A program made the translations under genes and the position numbers. A stretch of DNA of 64,000 nt from an uncultured cyanobacterium (GTDB lineage Bacteria; Cyanobacteriota; Cyanobacteriia; PCC-6307; Cyanobiaceae): positions 9,473 through 73,472 of the forward strand of contig CAIRWM010000055.1 of assembly GCA_903882285.1 (NCBI GenBank), given 5' to 3'. Numbering within the stretch: position 1 is the first letter of the stretch; every line of letters starts with the position of its first letter. Shown here piece by piece: positions 1 to 9,713 of this stretch. Under the pieces are notes generated by a model. The model was not told the DNA's origin. It saw nothing but the letters and a program-made list of their open reading frames with translations, and made no database searches.

Positions 1-1
1 G

Positions 2-121
2 CCGGTGCGGCGTCTGATCGGCTGGTGGGCGGAGGCGATCCGCGATGACCGGCCGATGCTGCCGGGCCTGGGCGAAGCGCTGCTGAGCCAGCGCTGCTGC
101 GACTGGGCCCGCGCCGGTTAG
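2..121 (+). CDS. 3' end of a gene entering from the left edge (PVRRLIGWWAEAIRDDRPMLPGLGEALLSQRCCDWARAG*), possibly the C-terminus of a Gfo/Idh/MocA oxidoreductase
   Basis: Open frame 2 with GC-rich third positions ends at TAG 119-121. The family call rests only on vague resemblance. Confidence 0.4.
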   Translation, partial: PVRRLIGWWAEAIRDDRPMLPGLGEALLSQRCCDWARAG

Positions 122-177
122 GGGGGGGTTCAGGCGACAGGGCGGGTTTCCGCCACCCCCTTCACGCCCCTCAATCC

Positions 178-194
178 GTAGCAATCGCTACTAT
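178..194 (+). promoter_or_regulatory. NtcA-type box GTA-N8-TAC (GTAGCAATCGCTAC) overlapping a -10 element TACTAT (189-194)
   Basis: GTA 178-180, 8-nt spacer, TAC 189-191, with perfect GTAGC/GCTAC arms. The TAnnnT hexamer shares the TAC and places the predicted TSS near 201, where the riboswitch begins. Confidence 0.75.
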
Positions 195-200
195 TTAAAG

Positions 201-295
201 ATCGTTGACCAGGCCGCACCCACGGTTCTGGCGGAACTAGGGGCCCCATCCGATCCGGGTCCACCCTTTCCGGGTCTGCCCTGAAGCAACGCGCC
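201..295 (+). ncRNA. Glutamine riboswitch, glnA (glutamine-I) class
   Basis: ATCGTTGA-CCAG..CTGG-C-GGAACTA-GGG..CCCT-GAAG-CAACGCGCC. P1 is CGTTG/CAACG, P2 is CCAG/CTGG with inner CCG/CGG, and P3 is closed by AGGG/CCCT. This matches the remembered glnA scaffold CGUUGACCCAG..CUGGGCGGAAGUAAGG..CCUGAAGCAACGCG. Confidence 0.85.
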
Positions 296-343
296 ATCCA
301 TCCCTGTCGGCTGCGGCCGCAGGACTTCCAAGGAGGCCCTTCC

Positions 344-457
344 ATGACCCATACCACCGCCCAGCAACTGGCGCGCCAGGCCGAAGCCGCACGCCGCGCC
401 GCCCGCGAACACGCCTACACCGTTCAGTCCCTGCGCAAGCAGCAGCTGATCGACTGA
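344..457 (+). CDS. Unannotated 37-aa protein [37 protein letters not shown], candidate nitrogen-regulatory microprotein
   Basis: AGGAGG at 331-336 lies 7 nt before ATG 344. Codons are GC3-rich, the stop is TGA 455-457, and a terminator follows. Confidence 0.72.
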   Translation: MTHTTAQQLARQAEAARRAAREHAYTVQSLRKQQLID

Positions 458-481
458 GCCGTTGGTGCCGCGGCCGGCCGC

Positions 482-507
482 AGCCCCGCCCGATGGCGGG
501 GCTTTTT
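482..507 (+). terminator. Rho-independent terminator after the small ORF
   Basis: AGCCCCGCC-cgat-GGCGGGGCT followed by TTTT. Confidence 0.85.
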
Positions 508-617
508 GCTGCGACAGGGCGCGGCGGGGGCATCCCCTAGACTCCGCGCCAGACAGAGGCGGGAGGTCCCCGCCAGCCGTCGTCCCTTCCGTTCCCCCCT
601 ACCCGCGAGGTTTTTCC

Positions 618-1691
618 ATGGCGCTCGTCCCGCTTCGCCTGCTGCTTGACCACGCCGCTGAGAACGGCTACGGCATCCCTGCCTTCAACGTGAACAATCT
701 GGAGCAGGTGCAGTCGATCATGGAGGCGGCCTACGAGACTGACAGCCCGGTCATCCTGCAGGCCTCCCGCGGTGCGCGCCAGTACGCCGGTGAGAACTTC
801 CTGCGCCACCTGATCCTGGCTGCAGTGGAGACCTATCCCGACATCCCGGTGGTGATGCACCAGGACCACGGCAACAGCCCTGCGACCTGCTTCGGCGCCG
901 CCGCCAACGGCTTCACCTCGGTGATGATGGACGGCTCGCTGATGGCCGACGCCAAGACCCCCGCCAGCTACGAGTACAACGTGGCGGTCACCAAAGAAGT
1001 GGTCGACGTGGCCCACGCCATCGGCGTGAGTGTGGAGGGCGAACTGGGCTGCCTCGGCTCCCTGGAAACCGGCATGGGTGAGGCCGAGGACGGCCACGGC
1101 TTCGAGGGCAAGCTCGATCACAGCCAGCTGCTCACCGATCCCGCCGAAGCCGCCGATTTCGTCGCCAAAACAAAGGTGGATGCCCTGGCGATCGCCATCG
1201 GCACCAGCCACGGCGCCTACAAGTTCACCCGCAAGCCCACCGGTGAAGTGCTGGCCATCAGCCGCATCGCAGAGATCCACAAAGCTATCCCCAACACCCA
1301 CCTGGTGATGCATGGCTCCTCCTCAGTGCCCCAGGAGTGGCTGGACATGATCAACAAGTTCGGCGGTGCCATCCCGGAGACCTACGGCGTGCCCGTGGAG
1401 GAGATCCAGGAAGGCATCCGCAACGGCGTGCGCAAGGTCAATATCGATACCGACAACCGCCTGGCCTTCACCGCCGCCGTGCGCGAGGCCGCCTTCAAGG
1501 ATCCCGCCAACTTCGATCCCCGTCACTTCAACAAGCCGGCCCGGCAGTACATGAAGCAGGTGTGCCTGGATCGCTACCAGCAGTTTTGGTGCGCCGGCAA
1601 CGCCAGCAAGATCAAGCAGCGCGACATCAACTACTACGCCGGTCTCTACGCCAAGGGCGAACTCGACCCCAAAACCGCCGTCGCGGCCTGA
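618..1691 (+). CDS. fbaA: Fructose-bisphosphate aldolase class II
   Basis: [27 protein letters not shown] start, [20 protein letters not shown] and KVNIDTD motifs. True start is ATG 618. Possible -10 TAGACT at 538-543. Confidence 0.97.
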   Translation: MALVPLRLLLDHAAENGYGIPAFNVNNLEQVQSIMEAAYETDSPVILQASRGARQYAGENFLRHLILAAVETYPDIPVVMHQDHGNSPATCFGAAANGFTSVMMDGSLMADAKTPASYEYNVAVTKEVVDVAHAIGVSVEGELGCLGSLETGMGEAEDGHGFEGKLDHSQLLTDPAEAADFVAKTKVDALAIAIGTSHGAYKFTRKPTGEVLAISRIAEIHKAIPNTHLVMHGSSSVPQEWLDMINKFGGAIPETYGVPVEEIQEGIRNGVRKVNIDTDNRLAFTAAVREAAFKDPANFDPRHFNKPARQYMKQVCLDRYQQFWCAGNASKIKQRDINYYAGLYAKGELDPKTAVAA

Positions 1692-1748
1692 TCAGGGAAC
1701 CAGGAGGCTTGACCAGTGATTGGTCCTCCCTCCACACTCCAGCGTTAC

Positions 1749-1774
1749 AGGGGCCCCTTCGGGGCCCTTTTTTT
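1749..1774 (+). terminator. Rho-independent terminator after fbaA
   Basis: GGGCCCC-ttc-GGGGCCC followed by a T run. Confidence 0.85.
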
Positions 1775-1805
1775 ATGGACTGGGGGCCCTGGCCTTCGCT
1801 CAGCG

Positions 1806-4610
1806 CTACTCCGGGGCCGGCAGCGGCGGAGCGGAGGTTGGCAGGGAGCGGCTGGTGTCGAGCAGCGCCTGGATGCCCTGCTCCAGGGTGCGCTCCATCA
1901 CAATGCGGGTCCCGTCGCTCACCACGACGCGGGTCAGGGTCGGCAGACCACCTTGCCGGGCCTTGAGGTACACCGGCTCCACGTAGAGCAGGGCCTTGCC
2001 GATCGGCACCACCAGCAAGTTGCCTTGAATCACCTCCGAGCCGGAGCGGTCCCAGAGGCCGAACTGCTGGCTGATTATCGGATTTTGATTGATCAGGGCG
2101 GTGATCTGCTCCGGGCCGAAGATCGGCGTCTGGGTGGGGAAGCGCAGCAACACCAGCTCGCCGTAGTGAGGATCGTCGCTGCGGGCGGCCAGCCAGGCGG
2201 CCAGGTTGGGACGGGCCAGGGGGGTGAGCGGCTGCAGCAGCAGGAACTCCGGCGGCAGATCCGGCTGCAGCTGGGCACTGACGTGATAAGGCCGAACCGG
2301 CACCTGACGGGCGCCGTAGATCTCCTTGGGCACCTGCCAGACGTCGTCTCCGCTGTAGAAGATGCGCGGATCGGTGACGTGGTACCGCAGCAGTTGGGCG
2401 GTCTGGAGCTGGAATTGGCGGATCGGGTAGCGGATGTGGGCGCGCAGCTCGGGAGGCATGGCCGCCATCGGAGCCAGCAGACCGGGGAAGAGTCGGCGCC
2501 AGCCCGCGATGATCGGATCATCGGGCTCGCTTACATAGAGCTTCACCTGGCCGTCGTAGGCATCCACCACCGCCTTGACGGAATTGCGCAGGTAGCGGAT
2601 GTCGGGATGGCCCGGCACAGGGGCGCTGTAGGGATAGCTGCGGCTGGTGGTGAGCCCGTCGACGATCCAGAACTGATGCTGTCCCGGCGCGAACGGACCT
2701 GGCTTCGCCAGGACGGCGGAGACCAGATAGGGCTCACTCTCGAAGCGCACGAAGGGGGCCAGGGTACGCAGTCGTTCGCGAACTTCGCGGCGGAGCAGCA
2801 GGCGGCTGCGCGGTGTCAGGGCGCCGCGACTCAGCAGTTTCGGCTCCCCGAGATAGAGGGCGGCGGCGAAGCGATGCCCACCCCCGGCCAGGGACACCCC
2901 GGAGCGGCCACTGTAGGAACTGTAGAAATTCTCGTCCCCCTGGGGATAGTCGAACTCCTGAACCCGGGAGGGGGCGATCGCATAGGGAGACGGCAGGGCT
3001 CCGTAGTAGAGGCTGGGGTTGCCGATCGGGATCGCCGCCTTCACCTGCTCGCGGCTGATACCGAGCTGAGCGCTGCCTTCGATGCGCGGCGGGTTGCCCA
3101 GATCGCTGATGAAGTAGTCAGGCAGGCCATCCGGTCGGCTGCTGTTCACGGGCGACACCGTGAAGCCCTTGCCGTGGGTGAAGACCAGATGGCGGTTGAG
3201 CCAGGTGCGGGCCGCCGGGGGCAGGGCCGAGGGGTCCATTTCCCGGGCCGTGATCATTACCTGCTGGCGCCCTTCGGTGGCGACCTGGCCCATTGCGTAG
3301 CGGTCGACCGCCGGTTCTGAGAAGCGGTAGTAGACGCGCAGTTTCTGCAGCTGCCGGTTGGTGGCCAGCAACGGCAGACTGTCCCAGAGGCGGATGTTGC
3401 GCAGGGTGGCCCGGCTGGCCGCCACATCGGCGGCGGTGAGCCGGTGCTGGGGATTGACCGAGCGCGATGCGATGCGATCGAGCTGGAAGGCGGCACGGGT
3501 GGCGGCGATCGAGCGCGCCAGGTAGGGGGCCTCCCGCTCCAGCTCCCGTGGCTTGACCAACATCAGCTGCAGCAGCGGCAGCAGCAGGGCCTCCAGCAGG
3601 GGGACCAGCAGCAGCAGGCCGGTACTGATCAGCAGCCCCGGCGCCCGCCAGCCCCGGCGGGGCAGCCTCGCCACCAGCAGCACCGCCGCAAGCAGCGCCA
3701 GCAGGGCGGCCAGGCTGCGCAGCGGCAGCGCGACATGCACATCCAGCCAGCCGGCGCCAGGCACACTGCCCTGGGTGCTGAGCAGGAGCTGGTGGCGGCC
3801 GAGCCAGAAGGCCGCTGCGGCCAGCAGGGCCATCAGGCCGAGGGGAGGGCGCAGGGCGCGCAGCTGGGCAGCACTGAACCCCTCGAAGGCGCCATCACTG
3901 AGCTGGGGGGAGCGGGCCATCAGGCCCCAGAGACCGGCGCTGAGGCCCGCCACCAGCAGGGCAGCCGCAACCGTCAGGGCCAGGGCCAGGGCGGGGAAGC
4001 GCGCCAGACCGAAGCTGACGTCGGCACCGAGCATCGGTTCGCGCAGGCCGGCATCGGGCGCCACCAGGGCAAGGCTCCACAGGCCCCAGCCCCGGGCCAG
4101 CACCACCCCGGCGGCGAGGGCCGCTACCGCCGCGGCGATGCGGGAGACCAGCAGAGGGCGTAACAGCAGCGCCAGGACCAGCAGTCCGGCCAGCAGCACC
4201 CAGAGCAGCGAGGGCATTCCCTCGAGGGTCACCAGCCCGTAGAGGCGGCGGGAATCAAAGGGATCGTGCAGCAGCCGTCGTGCCAGCTTGAGCAGAAGGA
4301 TCGCCGGCAGGATCTGGCCGAGGATCAGCGGCACCAGGGCGAGGCCATAGGCCCGTGTCGCCAGCGCCATGCGCCGTTCCGCCCGGCGGGGCTGACGCCA
4401 GAGCCACACCAGCCAGATCTGCAGACCCCCGCAGAGGGCGACCCCCACCAGAGCACCACCGAGCTGCAAGAGCCAGCGCCGGAGCAGCACGTCCACCAGC
4501 TGGAACTGGCCGAACCACTGCCATTCGATCCAGACCCTGGCCGCCAGCCAGACCGCCAGCAGGAAGCCAGCGGCCATGCCGAGCACCAGGGCGCGACGTC
4601 GTTGCGGCAC
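1806..4610 (-). CDS. UPF0182 family membrane protein
   Basis: N-terminal TM helices, then NIRLWD, YYRF..VDRY, HLVFTHG.G, RNSVK.VVDAYDG and SEVIQGNLLVVPIG..LLYVEPVY motifs. Probable start GTG 4610. Confidence 0.9.
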   Translation of the reverse strand: MPQRRRALVLGMAAGFLLAVWLAARVWIEWQWFGQFQLVDVLLRRWLLQLGGALVGVALCGGLQIWLVWLWRQPRRAERRMALATRAYGLALVPLILGQILPAILLLKLARRLLHDPFDSRRLYGLVTLEGMPSLLWVLLAGLLVLALLLRPLLVSRIAAAVAALAAGVVLARGWGLWSLALVAPDAGLREPMLGADVSFGLARFPALALALTVAAALLVAGLSAGLWGLMARSPQLSDGAFEGFSAAQLRALRPPLGLMALLAAAAFWLGRHQLLLSTQGSVPGAGWLDVHVALPLRSLAALLALLAAVLLVARLPRRGWRAPGLLISTGLLLLVPLLEALLLPLLQLMLVKPRELEREAPYLARSIAATRAAFQLDRIASRSVNPQHRLTAADVAASRATLRNIRLWDSLPLLATNRQLQKLRVYYRFSEPAVDRYAMGQVATEGRQQVMITAREMDPSALPPAARTWLNRHLVFTHGKGFTVSPVNSSRPDGLPDYFISDLGNPPRIEGSAQLGISREQVKAAIPIGNPSLYYGALPSPYAIAPSRVQEFDYPQGDENFYSSYSGRSGVSLAGGGHRFAAALYLGEPKLLSRGALTPRSRLLLRREVRERLRTLAPFVRFESEPYLVSAVLAKPGPFAPGQHQFWIVDGLTTSRSYPYSAPVPGHPDIRYLRNSVKAVVDAYDGQVKLYVSEPDDPIIAGWRRLFPGLLAPMAAMPPELRAHIRYPIRQFQLQTAQLLRYHVTDPRIFYSGDDVWQVPKEIYGARQVPVRPYHVSAQLQPDLPPEFLLLQPLTPLARPNLAAWLAARSDDPHYGELVLLRFPTQTPIFGPEQITALINQNPIISQQFGLWDRSGSEVIQGNLLVVPIGKALLYVEPVYLKARQGGLPTLTRVVVSDGTRIVMERTLEQGIQALLDTSRSLPTSAPPLPAPE

Positions 4611-4770
4611 GGAGAAGGCAGACACCCGCCGAGGGTAGGCAGAACCACCCCAGGGACAAGGGGTCCCGCAGCAGCGACAGAACCCCAACCCCATACCAGA
4701 CCCAGCGGGTCGGAATAGAAACGCCAGGCTATCCACCGCTGGTAGCGTGGTGCCACTGCACGTTGCGGCC

Positions 4771-6054
4771 GTGACGACCACCCTGTCCCGCTCAACCTTC
4801 ACCGGGCTGCGCTGCAAGGAATGCGGCCAGGGCTATGAGGCCGGCGCCCGCCATGTCTGCGAAGACGTCTGCTTTGGCCCGCTGGAGGTCGCCTACGACT
4901 ACGAGGCCATCAAGGCCCGCGTCAGCCGCGCCACGATCGAAGCCGGGCCCGTCTCGATCTGGCGCTATCGCGACTTCCTGCCGATCGAAGGCGACCCGAT
5001 CGATGTGGGCACCGGCTTCACGCCGCTGCTGCGGGCCAACCGGCTGGCCCGCCGCCTCGGGCTCAAGCGCCTCTACATCAAGAACGACGGCGTCAACATG
5101 CCCACCCTGTCCTTCAAGGACCGGGTGGTGTCGGTGGCCCTCACCCGCGCCCGCGAACTTGGCTTCAGCACCGTGAGCTGCGCCAGCACCGGCAACCTGG
5201 CCAACTCCACCGCCGCGATCGCTGCTCACGCCGGCCTGGAGTGCTGTGTCTTCATCCCCAGTGATCTCGAGCTGGGCAAGGTGCTGGGCACCCTGATCTA
5301 TAACCCCACCCTGATGGCGGTGAAGGGCAACTACGACCAGGTAAACCGGCTGTGCTCAGAGGTGGCCAACACCTACGGCTGGGGCTTCGTCAACATCAAC
5401 CTGCGTCCCTACTACTCCGAGGGCTCCAAAACCCTCGGCTACGAGGTGATCGAACAGCTCGGCTGGCAACTGCCCGATCACATCGTGGCGCCGCTGGCCT
5501 CCGGCTCCCTGTTCACCAAGATCCGCAAGGGCTTCGACGAATTCATCAAGGTGGGCCTGGTCGACGAGAAGCCAGTGCGCTTCAGCGGCGCCCAGGCCAA
5601 GGGCTGTTCGCCGATCGCCCAGGCCTTCGCCGAGGGCCGGGACTTCATCACGCCAGTGAAGCCAAACACCATCGCCAAGTCGATCGCCATCGGCAACCCC
5701 GCCGACGGTCCCTACGCCATCGATATCGCCAACCGCACCGGCGGCAGCATCGCCGCCGTCAGCGACGACGACATCATCGACGGGATCAAGCTGCTGGCCG
5801 AAACCGAGGGGGTCTTCACCGAGACCGCCGGCGGCACCACCATCGCCGTGCTCAAGCAGCTGGTCGAACAGGGCAAGATCGACCCTGAGGAGACCACGGT
5901 GGCCTACATCACCGGCAATGGCCTCAAGACCACCGAGGCCATCGCCTCCTCAATCGGTGAGCCCTTCCTGATCGAGGCCCAACTGGACAGCTTCAATGCC
6001 GCCTGGGAGAGAGCCCAATCCCTGCAGCGGGCCAGCTGGGACAACGTCGGCTGA
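4771..6054 (+). CDS. thrC: Threonine synthase-like PLP enzyme with an N-terminal Zn-finger-like CxxC..CxxxC
   Basis: [10 protein letters not shown] (PLP Lys), CASTGNL, ETAGG and ITGNGLK motifs. Probable start GTG 4771. Confidence 0.88.
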   Translation: MTTTLSRSTFTGLRCKECGQGYEAGARHVCEDVCFGPLEVAYDYEAIKARVSRATIEAGPVSIWRYRDFLPIEGDPIDVGTGFTPLLRANRLARRLGLKRLYIKNDGVNMPTLSFKDRVVSVALTRARELGFSTVSCASTGNLANSTAAIAAHAGLECCVFIPSDLELGKVLGTLIYNPTLMAVKGNYDQVNRLCSEVANTYGWGFVNINLRPYYSEGSKTLGYEVIEQLGWQLPDHIVAPLASGSLFTKIRKGFDEFIKVGLVDEKPVRFSGAQAKGCSPIAQAFAEGRDFITPVKPNTIAKSIAIGNPADGPYAIDIANRTGGSIAAVSDDDIIDGIKLLAETEGVFTETAGGTTIAVLKQLVEQGKIDPEETTVAYITGNGLKTTEAIASSIGEPFLIEAQLDSFNAAWERAQSLQRASWDNVG

Positions 6055-6127
6055 GCCGCCCCCACTCCAGCGCCGACCGCCCTTCACCCCTCTCCCCTCC
6101 CCTTACACCCACCGCAATCCGTTAGCC

Positions 6128-6403
6128 ATGGCCGTTCAGGTTCTGATCCCCACCCCGCTGCAGAAGTTCACCAACGACGAAACCAGCGTCACGCTCGAGG
6201 CCGCCAGTGTTGATGGCCTGCTGCAGGCGCTGGAGGTTCGCTATCCGGGCATCCTCGTCCGCCTCTGCGACGAGAAAGGCATGCTGCGCCGCTTCCTCAA
6301 CGTCTACGTCAACAGCGAGGACATCCGTTTCCTCGAGAACCAGGCTACCAGCCTCGGCGATGGCGATGAGGTGAGCATCGTGCCCGCCGTGGCAGGCGGC
6401 TGA
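6128..6403 (+). CDS. MoaD/ThiS-family ubiquitin-like sulfur carrier
   Basis: 91 aa, [35 protein letters not shown] with a C-terminal GG. Confidence 0.9.
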   Translation: MAVQVLIPTPLQKFTNDETSVTLEAASVDGLLQALEVRYPGILVRLCDEKGMLRRFLNVYVNSEDIRFLENQATSLGDGDEVSIVPAVAGG

Positions 6404-6611
6404 GCAGCAGGCCTCTTTTTGCGCTCAGCCGAGAGCACACCCAGAACCCCCGTGAGAGCCCCAGCGGCACTCCTCAGCGGCTAGAAGCATCGGTATCCGC
6501 TACGACGATGCCCGGGAAGACTCCCCGCAATCCTGGGCCCAGCTTCCATGTCCCGGCGGCGGCCACCCTCTCGGTGGCGACCGGGGCACCGCACCCTCCG
6601 GAACCGCCGCG

Positions 6612-7589
6612 ATGAGCCCGATCCCCACCCGCATCACCTCGCCGCACGACTGGCAGAGCGGCCTTCGCCTGTACGACTACCGCCAGGCCGCCAACCCGGT
6701 GCGACCCGGTCTCACCGAACCGATCCCCTACAGACAGTGGGCAGCGGAGATGCACGCAAAAGGCCCCACGGGGATCCTGCCGCTTGATCTGAGTGATGCC
6801 CTTGGCTGCGAGGGTCCCGCAACGAGTCCGGCCCTGGCCGCCCATTTTCTGCGGTTGCTGCCGGGGGAGGGGCTGAAGGCTTCAGCCGTCTCCACCAGCT
6901 CGCTGTTCTACGTGCTGCGCGGCCGGGGTCAGCTGGAGCGGCCCGCCACCAGTGAGGCCTGCCCCGCCCTCGAACTCGACTGGTGCCACGGCGACCTCTT
7001 TGTGGTCCCCGCCGGCGCCGATCCGCTGCTCCAAGCCAGCGAGGAGAGCGTTATCTACTGGGTGCATGACGGGCCGCTGCTGCGCTATCTGGGGGTGGAG
7101 CCGAGCAGGCCCCGCTTCGCGGCGCGCCACTACCCGGCGGCCCTGCTGGAGCGCGAACTGCAGCAACTCCTGGCCGACCCCAGCGCCGCCCGCAGCAACC
7201 GGCTGAGCTTGCTGCTCAGCCACGACGACCTGCCCGCCACCCGCACGGTCACCCACACCCTCTGGGCCATGCTCGGCCTGGTGCCGGCAGGAGCGGTGCA
7301 ACCACCGCACCGCCACCAGTCGGTGGCCCTCGATCTGATCATCGACTGCGATCCCGGCTGCTACACCCTGGTCGGCACGGAGCTGGCAGCCGACGGCACG
7401 ATCCGCAACCCCACCCGCATCGACTGGCAGGCCGGGGGGGCCTTCATCACGCCACCCGGACACTGGCATGCCCACGCCAACGAGAGCGGGCGGACAGCGC
7501 GGCTACTGCCGATTCAGGATGCCGGCCTACATACGTACCTGCGCAGCCTCGACATCCGCTTCGCTGGCGGCGTGGCCGGCGGCGACTGA
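6612..7589 (+). CDS. Bicupin protein, gentisate-dioxygenase-like
   Basis: Cupin motifs LFYVLRGRG..GDLFVVP and PPHRHQSVAL..FITPPGHWHAH. Confidence 0.75.
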   Translation: MSPIPTRITSPHDWQSGLRLYDYRQAANPVRPGLTEPIPYRQWAAEMHAKGPTGILPLDLSDALGCEGPATSPALAAHFLRLLPGEGLKASAVSTSSLFYVLRGRGQLERPATSEACPALELDWCHGDLFVVPAGADPLLQASEESVIYWVHDGPLLRYLGVEPSRPRFAARHYPAALLERELQQLLADPSAARSNRLSLLLSHDDLPATRTVTHTLWAMLGLVPAGAVQPPHRHQSVALDLIIDCDPGCYTLVGTELAADGTIRNPTRIDWQAGGAFITPPGHWHAHANESGRTARLLPIQDAGLHTYLRSLDIRFAGGVAGGD

Positions 7590-9446
7590 GGCCACGGCAG
7601 GGCCTGCCGGCGGCGGCAGGACGGGATGGGCAGCCTCCCAGGCCTCCACGACGCTGCGAAAGTCAGGCCCGTCAATCGTCTCCTCGGCGATCAGCAGCTC
7701 CACCAGATCATCCATGAGGGCCCGCCGAAAGCTGAGGATCGCCACGGCCTCCTCAAGGGCCGCACGGGCCAGACTGCGTACCTGCTCATCGATGCGATTG
7801 CCGGTGTCCTGGGAGTAGGGGGCCTGGGAGCGGATCCAGTCCCGGCCAAGGAACACCTCGCCAGCCTCACTCTCCAGGGCGATGGGCCCCAGGCTGGAGA
7901 AGCCGTAGCGGGTTACCATCTCGCGGCAGATCTGGCTGACCATCTGCAGATCGCCGGCAGCTCCCTGGGTCACCTCACTGGGACCGAAGACAACGATCTC
8001 GGCCGCCCGTCCCCCCAGCACCACCACCAGGCGGGCACGCAGGTAGGCCCGGCTGATCAGGCCGGAGTCGAGGATGTCCTCATCGGGCATGGTGCGGGCG
8101 AAGCCACCGACGCCCCCGGCCCGGGGCAGCAGGGTGACCTTGTCGAGCTTGTCGGCGTGGGGCACCAGCGTGGTGAGCAAAGCGTGACCCACCTCGTGGT
8201 AGGCGATCAGGCGCTTCTTGGCGCTGTCCTGGAGCGGCGCCGAGGTTAGTCCCATGGTGATGCGCTCGAGCGCATCCCCGATCGCCTGGTCGTCGATGCT
8301 GCTCTGATGACGACGGGCGGTGAGGATCGCCGCCTCGTTGAGCAGGTTGGAGAGGTCGGCGCCGGAGAAGCCCGGGGTGCGCGAGGCCCAGTCGGCGAGA
8401 TTCACCGAATCGGCCAGGGGACGGGTGCGGGCATGCACGGCCAGGATCTCTTCGCGGCCCTTGCGGTCAGGCAGATCGACGGTGATGCGGCGATCGAAAC
8501 GGCCAGGACGCATCAGGGCGGAATCCAGCACATCAGCCCGATTGGTGGCCGCCAGCAAGATCACGCCGGAGTTCTCCTCAAACCCGTCCATCTCCGTGAG
8601 CAGCTGGTTGAGGGTCTGCTCCCGCTCGTCGTTGCCCCCACCGATGCCGGCACCACGCTGGCGCCCCACCGCGTCGATCTCGTCGATAAAGATGATGCAG
8701 GGGGCCTTGGCCTTGGCCTGGCGGAACAGGTCGCGAACCCGGCTGGCCCCCACACCCACGAACATCTCGACAAACTCCGAGGCGGCCATCGTGAAGAAGG
8801 GCACGCCGGCCTCGCCGGCGATGGCTCGGGCCAGCAGGGTCTTGCCGGTGCCGGGGGGGCCCACCAGCAGCACTCCTTTGGGGATCTTGGCGCCGATAGC
8901 GGTGAAGCGCTCCGGGGTGCGCAGAAAGGTGACGACCTCCTGCAGCTCCTGCTTGGCCTCGCCGATCCCGGCGACGTCCTCAAAGCGCACGGTCACGGCG
9001 CCCTCCGGCTGCACCCGGGGCTGACTGCGGCCGAAGCCCATGGCGCGATTGGCCACCTGGGCCGAGCGGCGCACGAGCAGGCTGAGACCGAACAGCAGCA
9101 ACAGCACCAGCAGGATGTTGCCCACCAGGCCGGCCACCGCCTCATCGCGCTGCTCATCCCGCACGGTGAGGGGCACCCGGGACTGCTCGGCTGTACGTAA
9201 CAGCAACTGGTTGTCACTGAAGACCGGCACGCGGACACGGGAGCCGTCCTTGAACTCCACGCTCACGTCGCGCTGGCGCGGCGAGAGCTCAAGCGAACGG
9301 ACCTTGCCACCGCTGAGGTCGCGCAGCAGCTGGCTGTAGGAGGGCGGAGCGACCGAGCGGGGCACCAGCGAGAGGGAAGGCCTGACGGAAGCGGGCGCCG
9401 ACGTGGGCGTGGACGGGGCCTCGGAGGGCTGAGAGCTGCTGGTCAC
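7527..9446 (-). CDS. ftsH: ATP-dependent zinc metalloprotease FtsH
   Basis: GPPGTGKT Walker A, IIFIDEID Walker B, SRH ATNR..LD.AL.RPGRFDR and HEVGH Zn motif. Probable start GTG 9446. Confidence 0.96.
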   Translation of the reverse strand: MTSSSQPSEAPSTPTSAPASVRPSLSLVPRSVAPPSYSQLLRDLSGGKVRSLELSPRQRDVSVEFKDGSRVRVPVFSDNQLLLRTAEQSRVPLTVRDEQRDEAVAGLVGNILLVLLLLFGLSLLVRRSAQVANRAMGFGRSQPRVQPEGAVTVRFEDVAGIGEAKQELQEVVTFLRTPERFTAIGAKIPKGVLLVGPPGTGKTLLARAIAGEAGVPFFTMAASEFVEMFVGVGASRVRDLFRQAKAKAPCIIFIDEIDAVGRQRGAGIGGGNDEREQTLNQLLTEMDGFEENSGVILLAATNRADVLDSALMRPGRFDRRITVDLPDRKGREEILAVHARTRPLADSVNLADWASRTPGFSGADLSNLLNEAAILTARRHQSSIDDQAIGDALERITMGLTSAPLQDSAKKRLIAYHEVGHALLTTLVPHADKLDKVTLLPRAGGVGGFARTMPDEDILDSGLISRAYLRARLVVVLGGRAAEIVVFGPSEVTQGAAGDLQMVSQICREMVTRYGFSSLGPIALESEAGEVFLGRDWIRSQAPYSQDTGNRIDEQVRSLARAALEEAVAILSFRRALMDDLVELLIAEETIDGPDFRSVVEAWEAAHPVLPPPAGPAVASVAAGHAASEADVEAAQVRM

Positions 9447-9533
9447 AGGGATCCGGGGCAGGACCTGACTGTAGCGATTTGACGAAAGGAAGGGCGGCAG
9501 CTGAAGATCTTGGTTTGGATCGAGAATGAAGGG

Positions 9534-9713
9534 ATGGCTGTTCCCAAGAAGAAAACCTCCAAAGGCAAGCGGAACCAGCGCCACGCCCACTGGAAGGCCA
9601 AGGCCGGCGTTGCCGCCCAGAAGGCCCTCTCGATCGGCAAGGCCGTGCTCAGCGGCCGTGCCCAGGGCTTCGTCTACCCGATCGCCGAAGAGGGCGACGA
9701 CGCCGAATCCTGA
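9534..9713 (+). CDS. rpmF: 50S ribosomal protein L32
   Basis: [21 protein letters not shown] is a typical cyanobacterial L32. Confidence 0.96.
   Translation: MAVPKKKTSKGKRNQRHAHWKAKAGVAAQKALSIGKAVLSGRAQGFVYPIAEEGDDAES

Noticed and set aside
121-128. G8 homopolymer as a phase-variation switch
   Set aside because: It lies after a stop codon and about 60 nt upstream of the -10 element, so a length change would have no evident effect.
130-533. Track ORFs on the minus strand at 130-357, 191-412 and 237-533
   Set aside because: They lie antisense to the riboswitch and small ORF, whose promoter, SD and terminator all point to the plus strand.
6420-6611. Known riboswitch (guanidine, ZTP) or NtcA site before the cupin gene
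   Set aside because: Only generic GC hairpins are present. GTATCCGCTAC has a 5-nt rather than 8-nt spacer.
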